From Terriglobia bacterium (GTDB lineage: Bacteria > Acidobacteriota > Vicinamibacteria > Vicinamibacterales > CAVVIG01), in NCBI GenBank assembly GCA_020073005.1, contig JAIQFX010000047.1, positions 4,080-68,079 of the forward strand: a stretch of DNA of 64,000 nt, given 5' to 3'. The notes under the pieces were generated by a model. It was given only the letters and a program-made list of their open reading frames with translations, did no database searches and was not told the DNA's origin. How positions within the stretch are numbered: position 1 is the first letter of the stretch; each line of letters opens with the position of its first letter. A program made the position numbers and the translations under genes. Positions 37,439 through 44,346 of this stretch are shown piece by piece.

Positions 37439-38014
37439 TCACGCGCGGCCGGAGAATTCGCGCGTCTCGGTGTGGACTTTGACCTTGTCGCCTTCCTTGA
37501 TGAAGAGCGGCACGCGGATTTCGAGTCCGGTTTCGAGCGTCGCGAGCTTCGTCGCGCCGCCGCTCGCGGTGTCGCCGCGGACGCCGGGCTCCGTGTAGGT
37601 GACGGTCAGCTCCACGTGCGGCGGAAACTGCAGGCCGATCGGCCGGCCGTTGTACTTCTGAATCTGGACGACGACGTTGTCGACGAGCAGATGCTTGTCT
37701 TCGCCGACGATGTCCGGCCCCAGCGCGAGCGTCTCGAATGTCGTCTGGTCCATGAAGTTGTAGCCGTGCGCGTCCGCGTACAAGAAGGATGCTTCGTCCA
37801 TCACGAGGTCCGGCTCCGCGAATTTCTCGCCGGCCTTGAACGTCTTGTCGAACACCGCGCGCGTCAGCAGGTTGCGCATCTTGATGCGGACGAGCGTCTG
37901 GCCGCCGCGCGCCGTCGGCTTGGACACTTCGACGTCGAGGCACTTGTACGGCGCGTTTTCGAATTCGAAGTACATCTTCCGCTTGATCTCGATCGCTTCG
38001 AGCATGCTGGCCAT
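37439..38014 (-). CDS. efpL: Elongation factor P-like protein of the EfpL/YeiP type (extended loop with Arg instead of the modified Lys).
   Basis: 191 aa with a three-domain EF-P layout. The loop 'SKPTARGGQTLVRIKMRNL' resembles E. coli YeiP 'QSPTARGAATLYKMRF' rather than EF-P 'VKPGKGQAFARVKLR'. The C-terminal 'GDTASGGATKLATLETG' is also present. Confidence 0.8.
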   Translation of the reverse strand: MASMLEAIEIKRKMYFEFENAPYKCLDVEVSKPTARGGQTLVRIKMRNLLTRAVFDKTFKAGEKFAEPDLVMDEASFLYADAHGYNFMDQTTFETLALGPDIVGEDKHLLVDNVVVQIQKYNGRPIGLQFPPHVELTVTYTEPGVRGDTASGGATKLATLETGLEIRVPLFIKEGDKVKVHTETREFSGRA

Positions 38015-38080
38015 GGAATCCTCGCCCGATATTGTAGTGGTCCTTGCCTTGATTTTGCCGGACCGACGATGGCATCGTTG

Positions 38081-38136
38081 GGATTTGAGGATTTGAGGAT
38101 CTGAGGATTTCAGGATTTGAGGAACTGGGGAAGCGA
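38081..38136 (+). repeat. Tandem 8-bp repeat GGATTTGA (5 good and 2 degenerate copies), giving 7 evenly spaced GGA motifs just upstream of a start codon.
   Basis: ggatttga ggatttga ggatctga ggatttca ggatttga ggaactgg ggaagcga, followed by atc ATG (38140). Confidence 0.9.
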
Positions 38137-38139
38137 ATC

Positions 38140-38388
38140 ATGTCAGACGACGATCTGAAGGCCGAACTCGAACGACTCAAGGCGGAGAACGAACGGCTCA
38201 AGAGCCAGCGCGGCCGCAGCGTGAGCCTGAAGGTGAGCGAGAAAGGCGGCCTGTCGGTCTACGGCCTTGGCCGGTTCCCGGTGACGCTCTACAAGGAGCA
38301 GTGGAACAAGCTGCTCGCGATGACCGACGAGATCCGCGCGTTCCTCAAGGAGCACGACGCGGAGCTGAAAACCAAAGGCGAGGGCTAG
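38140..38388 (+). CDS. Small conserved-looking hypothetical protein with an N-terminal coiled coil.
   Basis: MSDDDLKAELERLKAENERLK...LKVSEKGGLSVYGLGRFPVTLYKEQW has balanced composition and no competing ORF. Confidence 0.65.
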   Translation: MSDDDLKAELERLKAENERLKSQRGRSVSLKVSEKGGLSVYGLGRFPVTLYKEQWNKLLAMTDEIRAFLKEHDAELKTKGEG

Positions 38389-38409
38389 ACGTGACCTGAG
38401 GCGTGTACG

Positions 38410-38715
38410 CTAGAGGTCGCCGCGGCGGACCTTCTCGATCTTCGATTCGCGCTCGGACGTGAGCCGCTCGCGGTCGCGGCGGTACTCCTGCTCGCGCGCC
38501 TCGCGCTCGGCGGAATCCGCCATCGTCATGAGCTGGCCCTGGTGCAGGACCTCGAGCTCGGCGATCTTCGCTTCGTAGAAGTTCCGAATCTCCGCGATCG
38601 CCGCCTTCTGCGCTTCGGTCACCGGCTTCCGCTCGATGCCGGCTTCCTTGTCGCTCTTCTTGAACCGCTCCATCGCCAGCTCGTACGAGGACTTCAGCGG
38701 CTTGTCGTGGCTCAT
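38410..38715 (-). CDS. Small charged helical hypothetical protein.
   Basis: MSHDKPLKSSYELAMERFKK... The ATG at 38715 lies just downstream of the terminator of the preceding gene. Confidence 0.55.
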   Translation of the reverse strand: MSHDKPLKSSYELAMERFKKSDKEAGIERKPVTEAQKAAIAEIRNFYEAKIAELEVLHQGQLMTMADSAEREAREQEYRRDRERLTSERESKIEKVRRGDL

Positions 38716-38734
38716 TTGTCCCAGTATAGCCCCC

Positions 38735-38781
38735 AAAAAAATCGGGCGGCGCGGCGACCGTGAAGTCGCCTCGCCGCCCGA
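38735..38781 (-). terminator. Rho-independent terminator for the aminotransferase-family gene.
   Basis: The minus strand reads tcgggcggcgaggcgac-ttca-cggtcgccgcgccgcccga followed by TTTTTTT. It sits 25 nt downstream of the stop at 38806. Confidence 0.85.
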
Positions 38782-38805
38782 TGGCCGGAAACGATCCGCT
38801 CCGCG

Positions 38806-40173
38806 CTACAGCTTGTTCACCGCCGTGGCCATGGCGTCGAGCGCGGCCTGCAGCGTCTTCTTCGACGTGGCGATGTTCATGCGCTGATGGTTCTCCCCGC
38901 CGGTCCCGTAGCTCGACCCGGCGTTGAGCGCGACGCCCGCGTTCTCGGCGAACCAGTCCTGCACGACCTGCTCCGCCGACATCTGCCTGCGGCCGCTGCT
39001 CATCGAAGCGGCCTTCTGCTTCGCGCCGATCTTCTGCGCGACGTAGCTCACGTCCACCCATTGCAGGTAGGTGCCCTGCGCCTTGGCGACCGTGATCTGC
39101 GGGAGCTTCGTCTTCATGAAGTTCACGACCATGTCGTGGTTGGTGTCGATGTACGGCAGCAGCTGATCCAGCCAGTCCGCGCCTTCGGTCAGCGCGGCCT
39201 TGTTCGCGACCATGCCGAGCGTCGTGATGTCGGCGCGGTTGTTGGCGCGGACCTTCGCGATGATGTCGGGATTCGTCGAGAAGCCCCACGCGTTCTTCAT
39301 CGCCGCCAGGCTGAACGACTTGCTGCACGCCTTGAACGTGACGCTGTTGTTCACGACCGCCTTGTCCGGCAGGCTCGCGAACGGCGTGTACTTGACGCCC
39401 TTCATGGCGAAGTCGCAGTGGATCTCGTCCGCGATCACGAGCACGCGGTGCGCCAGGCAGATCTGGCCGATCTTCAGCAGGTCGGCTGGCGACCACATGT
39501 TGCCCGTCGGATTCTGCGGATTGCAGAGGATGTAGACGTTCGTGTCGTGGCTGATGTGCCGCTCGAACTCGTCGAAGTCGATCGAGAACTTGCCCTTGTC
39601 GTTCCGCATGGGCACGTCTTCCGGCAGCGTGTTTGTCGCGCGCAGGTCGCCGTAGAAGCCGTTGTAGGTCGGCGTGTTCAACAGCACTTTGCTTCCGGGA
39701 GGCGCGTAGGCGCGCAGCGTGGCGATGATGCCGGGATGCACGCCCGTGGTCAGCACCATCGACTCCGGATCGATGTCGAGGTTGTACCGCTTCTTGTTCC
39801 ACGCGACGACCGCCGCGGTGTACTCCTTGGGCATGTCGAGATAGCCCCAGTTCTCGTGTTTGATGCGCTCGGTCAGCGCGTTCGTGATGCAGGGCGCGCA
39901 GCGGAAGTCCATGTCCGCGATGCCCATGCCCGCGATCAGGTTCGGCCTCTTGTAGGTCCGGATCGCCTGGTCCCACTTGACCGAGTCGGTGCCGACGCGG
40001 CTGTACGGCGTGTCGAAATCGTACTTGCCTCCGCCCGCGGCTTCCGCGGCCGCTGCCGCGGCGACGGCCGAGAGCGGTCCGCTGCCGACGGCGCCGGCAG
40101 CGCCCGCGGCGAACGCGGTGATGCCCGCGCGTTTCAGGAACAACCTGCGATTGAGCCCGTCATTCTTTGCCAT
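38806..40173 (-). CDS. PLP-dependent aminotransferase class I/II, MalY/PatB-type C-S lyase-like, with a Tat signal peptide.
   Basis: MAKNDGLNRRLFLKRAGITAFAAGAAG carries a twin-Arg motif. Other motifs are 'DSVKWD', 'LCNPQNPTG' and 'DEIHCDF', and the PLP Lys is in 'KACSKSFSLAAMK'. Confidence 0.8.
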   Translation of the reverse strand: MAKNDGLNRRLFLKRAGITAFAAGAAGAVGSGPLSAVAAAAAAEAAGGGKYDFDTPYSRVGTDSVKWDQAIRTYKRPNLIAGMGIADMDFRCAPCITNALTERIKHENWGYLDMPKEYTAAVVAWNKKRYNLDIDPESMVLTTGVHPGIIATLRAYAPPGSKVLLNTPTYNGFYGDLRATNTLPEDVPMRNDKGKFSIDFDEFERHISHDTNVYILCNPQNPTGNMWSPADLLKIGQICLAHRVLVIADEIHCDFAMKGVKYTPFASLPDKAVVNNSVTFKACSKSFSLAAMKNAWGFSTNPDIIAKVRANNRADITTLGMVANKAALTEGADWLDQLLPYIDTNHDMVVNFMKTKLPQITVAKAQGTYLQWVDVSYVAQKIGAKQKAASMSSGRRQMSAEQVVQDWFAENAGVALNAGSSYGTGGENHQRMNIATSKKTLQAALDAMATAVNKL

Positions 40174-40352
40174 GCGTTGTGCTCCCTCGTCTTGCGGATA
40201 CGGCCGCGTCACCTGGGACAAAGTTGTAGCGATTCGGAAACAACGGAAATGCTACACCCGCGCGTGCGCCGTGACGAAAGATTTATTCCCCCGCCGCGGA
40301 GCCCGTGCAAGGGCCGAAAATCGCGCCTTCAACGCGGCGCGGAGACATACGT

Positions 40353-41195
40353 TTACACCAGCTGCAGCGGGGCGAAACCGGCGCGCCACAGCGTCGCTTC
40401 GTCGCGGCGGCGCTGAATCAGGCCCCCGAGTTTCTGCGGATCCCAGAGCCGGGTCATGCTCTCGAACTGCCCGGCGACGGCGTCGAGGTCGTTCGCGGCG
40501 AGGAGATCGCGGATCGCGCGCATCTCCCGCCGATCCTGCGCGGCGGGATCCTTGTCAGTCAGACGCGCGCCACGGTTGTAAACCAGGCTCACCAGCGCCG
40601 TCTGGCGCGCGGGGCTCAGCGCGTCGACCTGCGGATAGATCTTCCGGACGTCGGTCAGGTACGCCGGCAACGAGCGGCGCGCGAAGACCGACATCGCGCC
40701 GGTGAGAGGCACGTCGATGTCGCGCACGGCGCCGAGCCGCGCGTCGGAGCCGACCACCTGCGTCACCACTGACAGCCGCGCCAGCGCCGGCTCCGCGAGC
40801 ACGCCGGCCCAGTCGGCGCGGAGCTGCGCCGGCGTGACGAATTGCAGGTCGTAGCCGATGCCGATAGTGATCCCGCTCGTCGCGCTCGGCCAGGTGGGAA
40901 ACCGGTACGTGGCGCGGTACGCCTTGGCGCTGGTCACTTCCGCCCGCGCGATGAACGTCGCGCCGGGCGCCGTGACGGCGGCGAATGGATCCGGCGCCGA
41001 CGCGAGGGCCGCGATCAGTGCATCGTCGGCGATCGTCGCGGGTCCGGGCTGCGCGAGCGCGGCCCGCGCGTCGCCGACGGCCGTCTGCGTTCCCTCGCCG
41101 AAGTGGCCGTCAATGTTCAGCAGCGCGCCGAGTTTGTTGAGATCGCGCTGCAGCGCTTTCACGGCTTCGCCGGCGTCGTTCAGTGAGAGCACCAC
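40353..41195 (-). CDS. Peptidoglycan-binding domain (PG_binding_1) fused to a GH24 phage-type lysozyme-like domain. No signal peptide.
   Basis: N-terminal 'GEAVKALQRDLNKLG..DGHFGEGTQTAV'. The catalytic region 'FIARAEV...SGITIGIGYDL' parallels T4L 'E11...TIGIGH'. 'RQTALVSLVYNRG' and 'RRRDEATLW' are also GH24-like. Confidence 0.65.
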   Translation of the reverse strand: MVLSLNDAGEAVKALQRDLNKLGALLNIDGHFGEGTQTAVGDARAALAQPGPATIADDALIAALASAPDPFAAVTAPGATFIARAEVTSAKAYRATYRFPTWPSATSGITIGIGYDLQFVTPAQLRADWAGVLAEPALARLSVVTQVVGSDARLGAVRDIDVPLTGAMSVFARRSLPAYLTDVRKIYPQVDALSPARQTALVSLVYNRGARLTDKDPAAQDRREMRAIRDLLAANDLDAVAGQFESMTRLWDPQKLGGLIQRRRDEATLWRAGFAPLQLV

Positions 41196-41210
41196 GGCGA
41201 TCCTCCATCA

Positions 41211-41735
41211 CTACGAGGCGCGCTGAAACGAGGCGAGGAGCTGCTCGAACTTCTGCTGATTCGCCGCGATGGTATTCGCCGGGCCGGTGAACTTCAGAAA
41301 GATGTTGCCGCCCGGTCCCTCGACGATCGCGCCGAGCAGGCGATAGCCGCCGACGGGTTTGCCCGGCGCCATCGGCCCGCCCATTCCCGAGTACTCGCCG
41401 CTGGTGTCGATCGTCGTGACGGTGAGGCCGTTGATCGTCCGCGTGCCGGTCTTCGCCGCGGCGGGCTTGCCCGAGGCGTCCCTGAACTGACTCTTCCAGC
41501 GCTCGATGTTCGCCTCGACGCTGCCGCCCTGGCCGGCGCCGAAAAAGTACACGCCGCACTCGGCGCCCGCCGTATCGCCGCCGGCCGGCGCGACGCTGTA
41601 GGTCGCCGCGCGCATCGGCTGCGTTCCCAGATTTTTCCAGCCGGCGGGCGCGGTCCACGTGAGACCGGCGGCCGACTCGGCGACCGCGACGACGGAGCAC
41701 ATTAACAGTGCAAGCAGCAAAAGAGAGGCGCGCAC
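41211..41735 (-). CDS. Secreted hypothetical protein.
   Basis: A GTG start at 41735 gives the signal peptide (V)RASLLLLALLMCSVVAVAES. The rest of the track ORF upstream is Arg-rich. It is 15 nt upstream of the lysozyme-like gene. Start is uncertain. Confidence 0.55.
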   Translation of the reverse strand: MRASLLLLALLMCSVVAVAESAAGLTWTAPAGWKNLGTQPMRAATYSVAPAGGDTAGAECGVYFFGAGQGGSVEANIERWKSQFRDASGKPAAAKTGTRTINGLTVTTIDTSGEYSGMGGPMAPGKPVGGYRLLGAIVEGPGGNIFLKFTGPANTIAANQQKFEQLLASFQRAS

Positions 41736-41768
41736 GCGTGAAGTATAGTCCCGGACGCGAGGTACGCC

Positions 41769-42986
41769 ATGGCCGCTCCGGGATTCGTTTTCGCCGATCC
41801 GAAACCGTCGCCCGACAACTTCGACACGTTCAATCCGCAGGATGTCTTCGCGGACGCCAAGGTCAACGCCAACGCCGTCCCCGAGAAGATTCCGCCGCTC
41901 GTGCGGACGCCGCCGGTGATGACACTGGACGAGGTGCTCGGCGCGGCGGCCGTTGCACAGATTCAGAGCGCGGGGCAGCTCGTGTTCCATTCAGTCGGCG
42001 ACACGGGCGGGATCAAGGAGCCGAAGCACCAGTTCGCCGTCGCCGACGCGATGGCGGCGGATCTCCACGGCAGGAGGCTGGCGAAGAACCGGCCCGCGTT
42101 GTTCTATCACCTCGGCGACGTCGTGTATTACTTCGGGCAGGAGAAGTACTACTACGACCAGTTCTACGATCCGTACCGCGACTACGACGCGCCGATCTTC
42201 GCGATTCCCGGCAATCACGACGCGGTGAGGTTCACCGGCGAGCCGGTGCAGTTTTCGCTGGAGCCGTTCGTCAACAATTTCTGCACGAAGACGCCCGTGA
42301 AGAACAGCGTGGCGGGCGGCATCGCGCGCACGACGATGACGCAGCCCGGCGTGTACTTCGCGCTCGACGCGCCGTTCGCGCGCATCATCGGCTTGTACTC
42401 GAACACGAGCGAGGGCGCGACCGAAGGCATGATCAGCGGATCGATCATCGGCAACGAGCAGGTGACGTTCCTGATCGATCGCCTGAACGAACTGGCGGGC
42501 GAACGGAAGAAGGGGCGGACGCGCGCGCTGATTCTCGCGACGCACCATCCTCCGTTCACCGGCAGCTCGCAGCACGTGCCGAGCCCGGGCATGCTGCGCG
42601 ACATCGACGGCGCCTGCGCGCAGACCGGCGTCTGGCCCGACCTCGTGCTGTCCGGACACGCGCATCTCTACGAGCGCTACACGCGCACGATGAAGGCCGA
42701 CGGCCGTCAGATCGCCTACGTCGTCGCGGGGAACGGCGGCTACTTCAACTTGTCGGGCTTCAAGAAGGGACAGAGCGGCGCGAAGCCGAAGCCGGGCGTG
42801 ACCGGGACGGACGCCAAGGGCAATCGGCTCACGCTCGAGTATTTCGACGACTCGGCGTTCGGATTTCTCCGCGTGACGGTGACCGCGGCGAAGATCAAGT
42901 GTCAATTCATGGCGCTGCAGCCGTCGGGTAGAGTCCGCGTCGCCAACACGACGACCGTGACGCTGGCGACGCACAAGGTGAGCTGA
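41769..42986 (+). CDS. Calcineurin-like metallophosphoesterase.
   Basis: 'HSVGDTGG', 'HLGDVVYY', 'IPGNHD' and 'SGHAHLYER' are present in canonical order. Confidence 0.85.
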   Translation: MAAPGFVFADPKPSPDNFDTFNPQDVFADAKVNANAVPEKIPPLVRTPPVMTLDEVLGAAAVAQIQSAGQLVFHSVGDTGGIKEPKHQFAVADAMAADLHGRRLAKNRPALFYHLGDVVYYFGQEKYYYDQFYDPYRDYDAPIFAIPGNHDAVRFTGEPVQFSLEPFVNNFCTKTPVKNSVAGGIARTTMTQPGVYFALDAPFARIIGLYSNTSEGATEGMISGSIIGNEQVTFLIDRLNELAGERKKGRTRALILATHHPPFTGSSQHVPSPGMLRDIDGACAQTGVWPDLVLSGHAHLYERYTRTMKADGRQIAYVVAGNGGYFNLSGFKKGQSGAKPKPGVTGTDAKGNRLTLEYFDDSAFGFLRVTVTAAKIKCQFMALQPSGRVRVANTTTVTLATHKVS

Positions 42987-43006
42987 CCGTGAATGAAGGA
43001 GGCGTC

Positions 43007-43096
43007 ATGCCGCACACCACTCGATCGGCGTTTCCCGCGATGCTCGCGCTCGTCGGCTCGAGCACGTCGGAGCTCGCCCGTGGAGGAGAATCATGA
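43007..43096 (+). CDS. Possible 29-aa upstream ORF or leader peptide, translationally coupled to the next gene.
   Basis: GAAGGAGG lies 4 nt upstream of the ATG at 43007. It encodes MPHTTRSAFPAMLALVGSSTSELARGGES. Its TGA overlaps the ATG of the 43093 gene (ATGA). It is below the length cut-off of the ORF track and I have no conservation evidence. Confidence 0.25.
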   Translation: MPHTTRSAFPAMLALVGSSTSELARGGES

Positions 43097-44319
43097 CGCT
43101 TTCATCGCTCGTTTCGCGATCGCTGGTGTTATCCCTGGCAGCGATCGTGCTGCTGCCGCTCCATCTGCATGCGCAGGTCGTCGACCAGGTCACCGCGACG
43201 TCGACCGCGCCGCCGGGCGTCCCGTTCGTGCGCGTTCCGTTGCTCGACGGCATGAGGACCGTATCCGGCGCGCAAGGACCTGGCGCGAAGCCGGCGTCGA
43301 TCGAAGTCATGGTCACGCTGGTGGCGACGACCTTGCCCCGGCCTGCCAGCGACACCGCGCCGGTGTACGTGCAGCGTGCCGTGACGAAATCCATCGGCGA
43401 CGACGGGTCATTCGACATCACCTTCAGCACGCCGCTGGTGGCCGGTCAGTACGTCGTCGTCTGCGCCCGCGGCGCCGACGACAAGGCGACGGCTGCCGGC
43501 TGTCATCAACCGCTGCCCGTCGAGGCGGCGGATGATTGGGGCCGCGTGCGCGCCTACTTCGCCGGCGGCGTCGTCTTATCGAAACAGCGCGCGGACTTCT
43601 CGCAGCAGGACATGACGCTGTCGTTCACGCTGGACAAGACCTGGTGGATGGACGCGCCGACGGGACGTCTCGCGCCCAGAGCGTTCAACTCTTTTTTCGA
43701 CGTCCGCCTGACTTCGGTGCCCGTCGGCCTCGGAACCACGACGACCACGACGCCGTCGGGCGGCGCGACGCCCACGACGACGGTCGAACAGTTCACGAAT
43801 TCGCAGAAGGCCGCGGTGGTCCAGGCAGGGTTCTACCTGCCGCTGTTCTCGGAGGACATGACCTGGGTGCACGGCGGTCAGAAGAACGCCGTCTTTCTCG
43901 CGCCGGTCTTCAAGGCGGGCGTGATCACGGCCGGCGGCTCGGACGCCGTGACGACGACAACGAACACGGGCGGCGGCGGGTCCAGCGTCACAACGTCGGC
44001 CGGCAACGCCAGCGGCGTCTACAAGTTCATCGCGTTCGGATTCGGCGTGGGACACGAGACACTGACCGCGTCAACCGACAGCGCGCCGACGATCATGAGT
44101 TACCTCCACGTGACCGTCGGCAAGTGGGAGAACTTTCCGGGATCCGACTGGAGAATCGCAGCCGAGGGGAGGCTGAAGGTCCCGACGACGCCGTTTCAGG
44201 TCGGGTTCGACGCCAACGTGCCCTATCGCGGCGGCGGGCTCGCGGATCTTCGCTTCACCCTCGGCGCGCGCGTCGATATAGGCACGCTGCTCGCGAAAAT
44301 CAAGCTGCTGGGCGGCTGA
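43093..44319 (+). CDS. Secreted protein with an Ig-like N-terminal domain and a beta-rich C-terminal domain with a Thr/Gly-rich loop (possible outer-membrane barrel).
   Basis: GGAGGAG upstream. The signal peptide is MTLSSLVSRSLVLSLAAIVLLPLHLHAQ. The C-terminus 'DLRFTLGARVDIGTLLAKIKLLGG' resembles the end of the 8526..10067 protein. It is 27 nt upstream of the patatin gene. Confidence 0.7.
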   Translation: MTLSSLVSRSLVLSLAAIVLLPLHLHAQVVDQVTATSTAPPGVPFVRVPLLDGMRTVSGAQGPGAKPASIEVMVTLVATTLPRPASDTAPVYVQRAVTKSIGDDGSFDITFSTPLVAGQYVVVCARGADDKATAAGCHQPLPVEAADDWGRVRAYFAGGVVLSKQRADFSQQDMTLSFTLDKTWWMDAPTGRLAPRAFNSFFDVRLTSVPVGLGTTTTTTPSGGATPTTTVEQFTNSQKAAVVQAGFYLPLFSEDMTWVHGGQKNAVFLAPVFKAGVITAGGSDAVTTTTNTGGGGSSVTTSAGNASGVYKFIAFGFGVGHETLTASTDSAPTIMSYLHVTVGKWENFPGSDWRIAAEGRLKVPTTPFQVGFDANVPYRGGGLADLRFTLGARVDIGTLLAKIKLLGG

Positions 44320-44346
44320 ACTCCGCGGATTCAACAGGAGGCTCAC

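Noticed and set aside
38081-38136. Considered whether the 8-bp tandem array, or the 9-bp array at 4293..4325, could be a degenerate CRISPR.
   Set aside because: The units are contiguous with no spacers and far too short. No cas genes are present in the window.
35997-38201. 734-aa minus-strand ORF spanning the MHS transporter and the EfpL region.
   Set aside because: It has extreme Arg/Asp/Ala composition with no motifs. It is antisense to, or out of frame with, two genes that have clear family signatures. This is a typical high-GC shadow ORF.
38345-39976. 543-aa minus ORF in a different frame from the aminotransferase-family gene, and the 38887..40416 plus ORF.
   Set aside because: Composition is biased and there are no motifs. 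The frame 38806..40173 has PLP-enzyme signatures and a Tat leader.
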